Source of the DNA: Thermodesulfobacteriota bacterium
GTDB taxonomy: Bacteria > Desulfobacterota > Desulfobulbia > Desulfobulbales > SURF-16
Assembly: GCA_039715015.1 (NCBI GenBank)
Contig: JBDLIE010000007.1
Span: 23,402-87,401 of the forward strand
Reading direction: 5' to 3'
DNA: 64,000 nucleotides
The translations under genes and the position numbers were made by a program. The notes below the pieces were generated by a model, which saw only the letters and a list, made by a program, of their open reading frames with translations, had not been told where the DNA came from and did no database searches. Below, in pieces: positions 51,367 through 60,166 of this stretch. The stretch's first letter is position 1, and the number at the start of each line of letters is the position of its first letter.

Positions 51367-53133
51367 TTAGATTTCCACTAACTCATCTGCATCTATGCCG
51401 TAGAGCTTAAGCTTTCGATACAACGTTGATCTATCGATGCCAAGAAGCCGGGCCGCCTGGGCCTTGTTCCCGAAGGTACGCTTCAGGGTATTGATGATCC
51501 GCACCTCCTCGTTTTCCTCTTCAAGTAAATTTTCCGTGTGCTGTACCTGGGCCATTCCCTGCTCTTTCTCACGCAGCTCAAGGGGAAGATGAACCGAGGT
51601 AATTGTCGTAGTGTCACAGAGCACACTGGCCCTCTCCATAACATGTTCAAGCTCTCTGACATTACCGGGCCAATCATGCTCACGGAGGACCTGCAAGGCC
51701 TGGTCTGAAATCCCGGTAATTTCTTTTCCGAGACGGGTGCTGAACCTGGAAATAAACAGTTGGACCAGCATTACCAAGTCTTCTCCTCTCTCGCGAAGGG
51801 GAGGCAAGATAATGTCGACAACCTTGAGCCGGTAATACAAATCCTCCCTAAAATCACCATCTTGAACCTTTTGGCGGAGATCGGCATTTGTGGCAGCCAC
51901 CACCCTGACATCCACCGTAATAGAACGATCACGGCCCACAGGGTAAAATGTTCTTTCCTGCAAAAAACGGAGAAGCCTTAACTGCATAAGCGGTGAAATA
52001 TCGCCTATTTCATCAAGAAACAAGGTACCCCCGTCAGCCGACAGGATACGTCCCTCCCGGTCACGGTCAGCACCGGTAAAGGCGCCCTTTTTGTGGCCAA
52101 AAAGCTCACTTTCAAGAAGGTTTTCCGGGATCGCTGTGCAATCTACCTTGACAAGCGGCATATCCCTCCGGGGGCTTTCGGCGTGCAGGGCCTCGGCAAC
52201 CAACTCTTTACCGGTTCCGGACTCCCCGTTGATAAGGACGGTGGTATCAACCTTACCGACGTTTTCAACCAAGGTATAGACAGTCTGCATCCGCATACTG
52301 GAACCAATGAGACGGTGCAGTTTATCGCGCATCCCCTTTTGCTCAAGGGCCTCAAGACGGCTTACATCACGGGCGACAAGGACAACACCTAAAAACACTC
52401 CCACATCGCTTGTAAGGGGCAAAGCGCTCACTCTGAAGATACCGGACTGCCCAGACTCATGGGCAAGCTCAACCCTATGCTCCGGCACAACGTCCTGGCT
52501 GGCTAAGACCTTATCAACATCAGGAATAAAAATCTCAAAACAGGAACCAATTTCCTCCAGGAATTTACCGCTTACTTCCTCTGCTCCAAAACCTGCAGCC
52601 CACTTGACAGCATTATCATTACATTCGACAATCCTGCGCTGGGGATCCACGGTGAAGATAAGCTCTCCAACACTACGGAAAACCGCCTGCAGATACTTCT
52701 GGTAACGATCTTTTTCAAGGGCGAGAGCATTATTGGCATTAAGAAGGGCATATTGTTGCAATGCCATTCTGGCTGTACGTAGCAGGTCTTCTTTTTTTAC
52801 AGGCTTTGCCAGATAATCAAAGGCCCCTAACCTTACCGCCTCGGCAGCGGTATTAATATTCGGATACCCCGTGACCATCACCACCGGACACTCAATGCCC
52901 TTATCTTTGATGGTGCGAAGAAGATCTATGCCGGATGCTCCATCCATGACAATATCACTGACCACGAGATCAAAATCCCTCTCATCAATAAGGGCCAGAG
53001 CCTCGCCATAGGTAGAGGCGACCTCCACCGGCCCATAACCTTCCCGTGACAAAAACATCTGGAAGGTGAGCCGTAAACTCTCCTCATCATCCACCACAAG
53101 GATTGCCGTATTATCCTTTTCTAAATCCACCAT
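51367..53133 (-). CDS. sigma54-dependent response regulator (REC-PAS-AAA+-Fis HTH)
   Basis: VVDDE/SDIVM receiver; GESGTGKE; GAFTGA; NKAQAARLLGIDRSTLYRKL. Confidence 0.93.
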   Translation of the reverse strand: MVDLEKDNTAILVVDDEESLRLTFQMFLSREGYGPVEVASTYGEALALIDERDFDLVVSDIVMDGASGIDLLRTIKDKGIECPVVMVTGYPNINTAAEAVRLGAFDYLAKPVKKEDLLRTARMALQQYALLNANNALALEKDRYQKYLQAVFRSVGELIFTVDPQRRIVECNDNAVKWAAGFGAEEVSGKFLEEIGSCFEIFIPDVDKVLASQDVVPEHRVELAHESGQSGIFRVSALPLTSDVGVFLGVVLVARDVSRLEALEQKGMRDKLHRLIGSSMRMQTVYTLVENVGKVDTTVLINGESGTGKELVAEALHAESPRRDMPLVKVDCTAIPENLLESELFGHKKGAFTGADRDREGRILSADGGTLFLDEIGDISPLMQLRLLRFLQERTFYPVGRDRSITVDVRVVAATNADLRQKVQDGDFREDLYYRLKVVDIILPPLRERGEDLVMLVQLFISRFSTRLGKEITGISDQALQVLREHDWPGNVRELEHVMERASVLCDTTTITSVHLPLELREKEQGMAQVQHTENLLEEENEEVRIINTLKRTFGNKAQAARLLGIDRSTLYRKLKLYGIDADELVEI

Positions 53134-53135
53134 AA

Positions 53136-54797
53136 TTATTCCCCTTTCTCGGGTTCATAAACCGGCAAATCCACCATGATCGTGGTGTATTTGCCAATCT
53201 CGCTCTCAATACCTAAGTATCCCTTAAAATCTTTAACAATACCCTGACTTATCGAAAGTCCGAGCCCAGTTCCTTCCCCAGGTTGCTTGGTTGAAAAAAA
53301 TGGGTTGCAAACAGAATCAATAATGTCGGCTGGAATACCACAGCCATGGTCCTTAAAACTTATGCGTACGTACTTCTTTTTTTGGTGCTCAATACGTGAC
53401 AGAATGACTTCCAGTTTCTTGTCCTGGCTGCGCTTCTTCTTAAATTTTTCATTTAAGGCAAACCGGGCGTTGGACAACAAATTGACAAAAACCTGCTGTA
53501 ATTGCTGGGGATTGCCCCAAACATCGACTATTTCCGTAACGCCGGTTACTGAATAATGGATACCATCCTTCTTGTACTGGTGACCAAGAAGGGCGAAAGA
53601 ATCTCCTAGAACATCGACAAGCGACGTTTCCATGAAAGCCTCTGAATCTCCATCACTTTGCCGTGCAAAAGAAAGCAGTTTACTAACAATCACCGCTACC
53701 CTTTCCCCCTCGTCAATAATCCGCTCAAGGATTTTCTTGGTGGCGTCGTCAGTGGAATCATCCATGAGTATCTGCGAAAAGTTGATGATACCGTTGATTG
53801 GGTTATTTATTTCATGGGCTACACCAGCTGCCAGCTCACCAATGGAGGCCAGCTGACCTGTCCGCATGGTTTCGGCCTGGTACATTTTTTCTTCAGTGAT
53901 GTCATTAAGAAGGATGAGGCATTTATCCTCGCCGTCAATATCCTTAAACGGCGCATAACTCTGCGAATAATGACGCTTATTACGCATTATCTCCTCGGTC
54001 CTTTGCACCTGGCCCGTGGAAATAGCCTTATGCATACGACATACCTCACAGGGCTTATCACGGCCTTTATAAACGTCATAGCAGGCGTGACCTATCTGAT
54101 CGCCAAACAAGTCACGCAGGACATCATTTTGATACTCTATGGTAAAGTCAGAATTAAGAATATGCATGCCCTGGCCCATGGCCTCGAGCATGACCTGAAA
54201 TTTATCACGTTCAGCGCGGAGGATTTTCTCGATATTTTGCCGGCCGACAATCTCTTTGCGGAGGATATCATTACTCCGCAGGAGATCCTTTGTCCGTTCA
54301 TCAACACTGCTCTCAAGCTCTCTCTGGCTTTTTTTAAGCATCCGGGCATATTCAGCCCGATCTGTAATGTCGCGTATTGACTCGACGATCCCCAGAAAGC
54401 TGCCTTCATCATCCCAAAGCGGGGAGGCATGAATCTCGTAATTACGTACCTGGCCATCATCAAGTTTTATTTCATGCTCAACCACCACCGGCTTATTGCT
54501 GTCAAGGACCTCAATAAGAGGACAGGGGCGTCCCACTGTGGAGCATTGAAAGTCATGGTTATAAACAAGGGTGTGACAGAACGGCTCCTTATCCCCCTTA
54601 CAGACAAAACTATTTGAGAAATTTTGAGCAGCGCGGTTAGCAAACTTCACCCTGAAATCCGTACCAACAACCAAAATAGGATCAGGAACCTCGTTCACCA
54701 ATGAATAGAGAAAATTAAACTGCTCATGCATGGCTTCAGGGGCCATAACTTCTTTTGATTTTGCATCCTTACTGCAGGGTGGTTTTAAAACAGCCAT
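53136..54797 (-). CDS. Cytoplasmic PAS-PAS sensor histidine kinase with Cys-rich PAS domains
   Basis: GVAHEINNP, NARFA, DHGCGI, PFFSTK, GTGLGL; FCH...QC...PCP and ACY...PCEVC. Confidence 0.9.
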   Translation of the reverse strand: MAVLKPPCSKDAKSKEVMAPEAMHEQFNFLYSLVNEVPDPILVVGTDFRVKFANRAAQNFSNSFVCKGDKEPFCHTLVYNHDFQCSTVGRPCPLIEVLDSNKPVVVEHEIKLDDGQVRNYEIHASPLWDDEGSFLGIVESIRDITDRAEYARMLKKSQRELESSVDERTKDLLRSNDILRKEIVGRQNIEKILRAERDKFQVMLEAMGQGMHILNSDFTIEYQNDVLRDLFGDQIGHACYDVYKGRDKPCEVCRMHKAISTGQVQRTEEIMRNKRHYSQSYAPFKDIDGEDKCLILLNDITEEKMYQAETMRTGQLASIGELAAGVAHEINNPINGIINFSQILMDDSTDDATKKILERIIDEGERVAVIVSKLLSFARQSDGDSEAFMETSLVDVLGDSFALLGHQYKKDGIHYSVTGVTEIVDVWGNPQQLQQVFVNLLSNARFALNEKFKKKRSQDKKLEVILSRIEHQKKKYVRISFKDHGCGIPADIIDSVCNPFFSTKQPGEGTGLGLSISQGIVKDFKGYLGIESEIGKYTTIMVDLPVYEPEKGE

Positions 54798-55285
54798 CTT
54801 TACTCCTTATAATACATCTGGATATCAATTTATCAGAGTTACCAGGTAACCTTGCAAAACATGGGCCACAAAATATTTTTTCCCATCAACCCATTTGTCA
54901 AAAATCATTTTTTTATTAAATCATGATATGGCAAACAAATACCTGATTTCCAATAAAGTATAGCTTTTTTACCCCATTCTGGCTTACCAGAGGGCGGTCT
55001 GGGGGAGGAATCCTCAGGCCATAGAAAAGAAAGCGCCACTTTAGAAGGCCCACAAGACAAGATTAAAAAGAAGAACTCATGGAAAAACAAAAGGTTACAG
55101 AGGTGTCAAAAAAAAGAACCAAGAATAATAAAGAAGAGGCTTTTGAAAAAGAGCGGGGATAACTTCCAGAGGCAGTAATACTCCACGGAGATGACAGGCG
55201 GGCGTGATAGAAACTTAACAAGCTGAAAGGAAAAGCTGAACCCTTTCATAATTTCTACCCTTGAAAAGGTGCAGCGTAAGCGATT

Positions 55286-55600
55286 TTATTTCAGGTAGGA
55301 ACAGCAATAGTCAGCTACATCCTTCACTTTTAACTGGAACTTAGATTGGGCAGGGACTTCAAAAGACTGTCCACCCTCAATAGACTGCCAGGAGGATTTT
55401 CCGGGCAACAAAACATCAAGGCTTCCTGCCATGATTTCCATGACCTCTTTGGCGTCTGTGCCAAATTCATAGTCACCCGGCAGCATGACCCCCAAAGTTT
55501 TCTTCGTACCATCAGGGAAAATGACTGTACGGCTTGTTACCTTGCCGTCAAAATACACGTTTGCTTCTCGCACAACTGTTACGTTTGCAAATTCAGACAT
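55286..55600 (-). CDS. ppnP: Pyrimidine/purine nucleoside phosphorylase (YaiE/DUF1255)
   Basis: [33 protein letters not shown]. Confidence 0.92.
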   Translation of the reverse strand: MSEFANVTVVREANVYFDGKVTSRTVIFPDGTKKTLGVMLPGDYEFGTDAKEVMEIMAGSLDVLLPGKSSWQSIEGGQSFEVPAQSKFQLKVKDVADYCCSYLK

Positions 55601-55645
55601 AAGACTCTCTACTGTCGGCAGATAATTTCTATCTGCATTTTAATC

Positions 55646-55686
55646 AAAAAAGGGGCACACGGTAATAACCGTGTGCCCCTTAAAAA
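55646..55686. terminator. Intrinsic terminator just downstream of the tRNA-Pro 3' fragment
   Basis: AAGGGGCACACGGT / ACCGTGTGCCCCTT stem with U-tract on minus strand. Confidence 0.8.
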
Positions 55687-55687
55687 C

Positions 55688-55734
55688 TGGTCGGGATGAG
55701 AAGATTCGAACTTCCGACCACCTGAACCCCATTC
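55688..55734 (-). tRNA. 3' fragment of tRNA-Pro(GGG) (att-site duplication, not an intact tRNA)
   Basis: Minus strand GAATGGGGTTCAGGTGGTCGGAAGTTCGAATCTTCTCATCCCGACCA: anticodon loop, T-arm, acceptor 3' strand and CCA; 5' half replaced by an A-rich stretch. Confidence 0.85.
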
Positions 55735-55866
55735 CTTTTTTTTGCATTTTCACTTAAAATCACTCTCCATCATTCGACACCAAATAAACGTTTCACAAAC
55801 AACAAGTTACATTGTATAGTAATTTCACCTATTGACCACCTGTATCACTTAACATCATGGCAATTC

Positions 55867-55912
55867 CAGTAGCCCAGCAGTAGCCCAGGGGGCTGGGCTA
55901 CTGCTGGGCTAC
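55867..55912. repeat. Four GTAGCCCAG units (2 direct + 2 inverted): candidate integrase arm-type sites
   Basis: GTAGCCCAGCAGTAGCCCAG-GGGG-CTGGGCTACTGCTGGGCTAC, perfect 20-bp arms at 55869-55912. Confidence 0.75.
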
Positions 55913-55929
55913 CCCGAAGAGAAACGACG

Positions 55930-57369
55930 ATGAAATGTGAACTCACCACCCAAACCATTCAGGGCTTATCGCCCAAAAAGGCCCGTTATCTTTGCTGGGA
56001 TATCTCAAGCCCAGGATTCGGAGTCAGGGTGACCCCTAAGGGTGCCAAAACCTTTATCTATAAATATAAGATCGGGGGGCAAACCAGGTGGATCACCTAC
56101 GGCCAGTTCCCAGACCTCTCCCTGGCTGAGGCCAGAAAAAAATATTCCACCCACAAGAAGGCTGTAGAAAATGGCGGTGACCCTGGCCAGACAAAAACCG
56201 ATCTCAATTTTCAAACCATAAATGCCTTGGCACCTCGGAAAACACGTTTTATCCAGTGGGACAGAAAAAACCCCGGCTTTGGAGTCCGCGTGACCCCCCG
56301 AGGGATAAAAACCTTTGTTTTCAAATACACATCCGATGGCAGATCCAGGTGGATCACTTACGGCCAATTTCCAGCCTTGTCCCTAGCCGATGCCAGGAAA
56401 AAATATTTAGTTGATAAAGGGGCTGTAGCAAATGGCGCTGACCCTGGCAGGACTAAGCAAGAGGACAAGCACCAACGCATCACAAACCCTACCGGCAAAG
56501 AGCTGGTAAAGCTTTTCTGCGAAGGGTACACCAAGCCCCGGCCCAGCACCATGGCAGAATATAAACGCACCCTTGAGGTCGATTTTGTACCAGCGCTAGG
56601 CAGCCTCAAGTCGGCCGACATCAATCGCCGCGACATCCGCAACTTGATATTCAAAAAGGCCAAAACGGCCCCTGTGGCCGCTAACAGGCTCTTGGCGGCC
56701 ATTGGTGTCATGTTCACCTGGGCCATTAAAGAAGAGTACCTTGACGCCTCGCCTTGTGTGCTGATTGACAAACCCCACCAAGAAAAATCTCGCGACCGGG
56801 TCTTAAACAATCAAGAAATTGCTTCATTAATGGCCTGGTCACATCCCAGCACTACCAACATTCTTCTTAAATTAATCTTGCTTACCGTTAAGCGCCCAGG
56901 GGAATGGCGCTTGGCCAAGTGGCAGCATGTCGATTTCAAAAAGCAGACCTTTTTCGTCCCGGCTGAAAACTCCAAAAACCGCCATGAATATCTGACCCCC
57001 CTGCCCCCCTCCTCCATAAAACTCTTAAAAAAGCTACCTACCCATAGCGAATACATTTTCCCAGGCCCTAAGACCGATGAACCCATGACCAAAACGGGCG
57101 TTTGCCGCTTCATGGCCCGGCATTATGCTGACATGAAAATTGAGAAGGCAACCCCGCACGACCTAAGGCGGACAGCAGTGACCAACCTGGCAGAGTTGGG
57201 CACGCCTTTCCATGTCATCAAGAAGCTGGAAGGCCACAAGGACGGCAGCGTGGAGGCGATTTATAATAGATATGACTATCAGCCGGAAATGAAAAGTGCC
57301 CTGAGAAAGCTTGAGAATAAGATTTTGACCAAGCCGGCACAGGGGAAGGTGGTAAGCCTGTTTGGGTGA
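55930..57369 (+). CDS. Tyrosine integrase with two tandem N-terminal arm-DNA-binding domains
   Basis: Two ~87-aa repeats PGFGVRVTP.G.KTF..KY...G..RWITYGQFP.LSLA.ARKKY; catalytic R (KRPGE), K (SKN), HDLRR, GH, Y. Confidence 0.92.
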   Translation: MKCELTTQTIQGLSPKKARYLCWDISSPGFGVRVTPKGAKTFIYKYKIGGQTRWITYGQFPDLSLAEARKKYSTHKKAVENGGDPGQTKTDLNFQTINALAPRKTRFIQWDRKNPGFGVRVTPRGIKTFVFKYTSDGRSRWITYGQFPALSLADARKKYLVDKGAVANGADPGRTKQEDKHQRITNPTGKELVKLFCEGYTKPRPSTMAEYKRTLEVDFVPALGSLKSADINRRDIRNLIFKKAKTAPVAANRLLAAIGVMFTWAIKEEYLDASPCVLIDKPHQEKSRDRVLNNQEIASLMAWSHPSTTNILLKLILLTVKRPGEWRLAKWQHVDFKKQTFFVPAENSKNRHEYLTPLPPSSIKLLKKLPTHSEYIFPGPKTDEPMTKTGVCRFMARHYADMKIEKATPHDLRRTAVTNLAELGTPFHVIKKLEGHKDGSVEAIYNRYDYQPEMKSALRKLENKILTKPAQGKVVSLFG

Positions 57370-57399
57370 ATGGGCAGCAAGCAAACCGCCCATACGACA

Positions 57400-57808
57400 C
57401 TATGGCTCCCCGGCTCCCGTGGCCCAGGTATCAATCGGCAGATTAAAATACTGAATGGTACTGTTTAAACGGAGCCAGTATTTCTGGTCCTTTGGCTTTT
57501 CAAGGATGAGCACCACCCCCGCCCGCTTGCCGGTCTGTAACGAGTAATAAAGGCTCTACCCAATGGCCTCCGCCCATTTACTGCCAAAATCATGTTCTAT
57601 GGCGTGGGTGGCGGTGAGGCAATCCACTCTTATCCTGTCAGCCAGCACCACCTCTGTCTTGCCGCCGACCTCTGCGCACCATTTGCCTTGATACTATTTT
57701 TCTGGGTGGTCCATGCCCAGCAAAGGATAAAGCGGGCAGTAAAATAATTAAAATTACCGCTAGTAAAGCAAGGCTACCAGAAAATACCTTTTTGCTTTGC
57801 GGGTCCAT
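57400..57808 (-). pseudogene. Disrupted gene for a secreted restriction-endonuclease-fold-like protein
   Basis: Signal peptide from ATG 57808, one frameshift near 57710, then HPEK*YQGKWCAEVGGKTEVVLADRIRVDCLTATHAIEHDFGSKWAEAIG*SLYYSLQTGKRAGVVLILE...DTW with two in-frame TAG. Confidence 0.7.
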
Positions 57809-58131
57809 TAGACCTCCTCTTGGGCTCCATCTCACCTAACAATGTGGCGCCATACTTTCAGTTGAATATTTCACTGTAAGTTGTTAGCATTTAATGTAAA
57901 TTCCTAAAAAAATGCCACCAACAAGAAACCTGCGCTACTGTTATTCAACACCATCATATCTATAATTATAACGGTTTCCTTGCTGCAAAATGCTCTCGCT
58001 ATCTTAAAAAATCTCTTGCAAGGGAGCGGTAGCATTTCAGAAGTACAATGATGTATCTGATTTTTTTTTGCTCAGTGACAGATATTTCCAGGCATCTACC
58101 GAAAAAAAACATGGATCTTTTTAGACAAAAC

Positions 58132-58177
58132 GTGCAACTATATTTTAGTTGCACTGTTTTTTTACCGAGAGTATAAA
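58132..58177 (+). promoter_or_regulatory. hicAB operator palindrome and promoter
   Basis: GTGCAACTA-TATTT-TAGTTGCAC overlapping TTGCAC-N17-TATAAA. Confidence 0.65.
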
Positions 58178-58183
58178 CACACA

Positions 58184-58432
58184 GTGTCAAAAATAGACAA
58201 AATAATTGCCAGGCTTAAGTCACGCCCCAAAGATTTTACATGGGACGAGCTCACAAGGGTCATGTTTCATTTTGGATATACCCAACTTGAGGGAGGTGGG
58301 TCCCGCGTTAAGTTTTTTCACAAAGACAAGATGAGTGTTTTTAATCTTCACCGGCCTCACAAACCTAAAATATTGCGTGGGTATCAGATCAAAGAAGCAC
58401 TAAGCCGCCTGGAAACGGATGGATTTATATGA
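58184..58432 (+). CDS. hicA: HicA-family toxin
   Basis: PKDFTWDEL...FGY...GGGSRVKF...LHRPH...YQIK. Confidence 0.85.
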   Translation: MSKIDKIIARLKSRPKDFTWDELTRVMFHFGYTQLEGGGSRVKFFHKDKMSVFNLHRPHKPKILRGYQIKEALSRLETDGFI

Positions 58433-58932
58433 AAAACAAGACCATGACATACCAAGGCTATATAGGATCAGTTGAGTACGATATAGAGGATGAATTCCTT
58501 TATGGAAAAGTCCTTCATGTCAATGACACCGTCACATTTGAATCAACGACTATAGCTGGTTTAAAAAAAGAATTCATAGCAGCTGTTGATGACTATCTCG
58601 CCACCTGTAAACAAATAGGGAAAGAGCCCCAAAAAAGCTTCAAAGGCTCTCTAAATATTAGACTCGGTGAATCTGCACACAGGAAAGCCGCTATATGTGC
58701 TGGCAACCAAGACATTACCCTCAATGATTTTATTAAGAATGCAGTCTTAGAGGCAGTAAATAAAGATCAAAAGGCAGCCTCCGCACCTAAGGTTAGGTTT
58801 ACAGAGACTCCTGAATATTCATCTATGATTAAACCAAGAGATATTGTTGAGGATTTGATTCCCCCTGAGAAACAGGTGGTATGCCATTTTCAAATTTCAA
58901 ATCTCAGTGACGACAACTCAAGAGTACATTAA
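58429..58932 (+). CDS. hicB: HicB-family antitoxin with C-terminal extension
   Basis: YQGYIGSVEYD...AVDDYL...EPQKSFKGSLNIRL...H; ~55 extra residues after the RHH; ATGA overlap with hicA. Confidence 0.87.
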   Translation: MKNKTMTYQGYIGSVEYDIEDEFLYGKVLHVNDTVTFESTTIAGLKKEFIAAVDDYLATCKQIGKEPQKSFKGSLNIRLGESAHRKAAICAGNQDITLNDFIKNAVLEAVNKDQKAASAPKVRFTETPEYSSMIKPRDIVEDLIPPEKQVVCHFQISNLSDDNSRVH

Positions 58933-58936
58933 AAAA

Positions 58937-59386
58937 ATGATTAATCACGTTTGGTCTGTTCTTTGTCAGCAAACTATAGTAGACGCGAGGACCGGGGCCA
59001 CCACTCATGTCAACACGGTAAATGGGGCTTCTTTTTTTGAAGATGAAGAAAACCTTATACTTCCCCCTTTAGTAATTTCTACCAGGTGGGCAAAAGAAGA
59101 TACCACCAACGCAGAAACCACAGAGATCAGGGTCAGGATTGATCCTCCAGAGGGACGCGACAAGATCAAGATCGGTCAAGGAACAATTACACTAGGGACT
59201 GATCAGCATGGCATAAACTCAAATATTGAGGTTGCCCACCTAAGACTAAAAAGCGGTGGACGTTATTCTTTCCTGGTTGACCATCGAGATCCTGTGAAAA
59301 AAACTAGATGGAAAACAGTGGCAAAATTGCCAATAGACGTAAAATTAGTTCCCTCTCCAGAGAAAGAAGCGAACGAAAACGACTAG
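58937..59386 (+). CDS. Hypothetical beta-rich (DUF6941-like) protein, third gene of the hicAB operon
   Basis: ATG 4 nt after the hicB stop; WSVLC...D..TG pattern and alternating beta strands, G.Y.F.V. Confidence 0.6.
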   Translation: MINHVWSVLCQQTIVDARTGATTHVNTVNGASFFEDEENLILPPLVISTRWAKEDTTNAETTEIRVRIDPPEGRDKIKIGQGTITLGTDQHGINSNIEVAHLRLKSGGRYSFLVDHRDPVKKTRWKTVAKLPIDVKLVPSPEKEANEND

Positions 59387-59420
59387 TAGAGACCGTCCAG
59401 GGCAACCACTCCCCCCTCTT

Positions 59421-59624
59421 TTAAAAAATACTATTTTTCCAAAGGTTGTTAATGGCCCACCTGAACACCTCGACGGTATCAAATTGGGCCGGCTTGCCTT
59501 TGCCTTCAGCTTTCTTCTTAACCGGACACCCACGCCTGACCCATGAGTCTATTGTCGTTTTCGCCACCCCAAAAATGAAGGCCACCTCGGCCCGATTCTT
59601 TATCCTATCTTCCGGTTTACGCAT
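59421..59624 (-). CDS. Minimal lambda gpNu1-like terminase small-subunit DNA-binding domain
   Basis: NRAEVAFIFGVAKTTIDSWVRRGCPV...GKG....FDT..V..W parallels the gpNu1 winged HTH; only 67 aa. Confidence 0.8.
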   Translation of the reverse strand: MRKPEDRIKNRAEVAFIFGVAKTTIDSWVRRGCPVKKKAEGKGKPAQFDTVEVFRWAINNLWKNSIF

Positions 59625-59694
59625 TTTCTACCCCCTTTTAAAGAAGTAGTGGGCATAGTGGGATTTCCAAAAAAATCTATGCCTAGCCCGATTT

Positions 59695-59740
59695 CGCGAT
59701 GCGGATTACCTGCACTGCATATCCCCCCAGAAGGACCCGT
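59695..59740 (-). other. Candidate lambda-like cos site (cosQ plus putative cosN)
   Basis: Minus strand ACGGGTCCTT...CGCG; GGGTCCT (59732-59738) equals lambda cosQ; lies immediately upstream of the nu1-like gene. Confidence 0.55.
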
Positions 59741-60166
59741 TAACTCCTTGATATTGCAACTGTTTACCAGGAGTGGCCAGGCAGTATGAGCTGACAAGGG
59801 TCAATCGTTCAATATCGGAAAATTGAGCCCCGTAACACCCTCCACACTACATTGGAAAATTCAAACCACCCAACGACACCCTTTAGGGTCGTTTAAGCCC
59901 GGGGATGCATTGTTTTCTACGAAGGTTACCCATTTTCCTAGCCTAAGGGAAAGTGCCAGCCCGGCGGCATTGCCGGGCTGGCTTGCAGTCCATGGCCTAA
60001 AATGCGGGAATGCGGCCCGCCAGGTGGCACCATGAACCTAAAACAAGCCACCTGTTTGGTGCCGTGGCACAGGGAGAAAGGGCATGCCAGAGCCCCCCGG
60101 TGAGCAATGCCACGGCAATAAACAGCTCACCTATCCGACGACGGGGCAACCCCACCGCCGAATTTT

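Noticed and set aside
55688..55734. Functional tRNA-Pro gene
   Set aside because: D-arm and 5' acceptor strand are missing; it is an att remnant
57400..57720. Two in-frame TAG codons as evidence of stop-codon recoding
   Set aside because: They would need different amino acids, a frameshift is also present, and TAG ends normal genes in the window (e.g. lepA)
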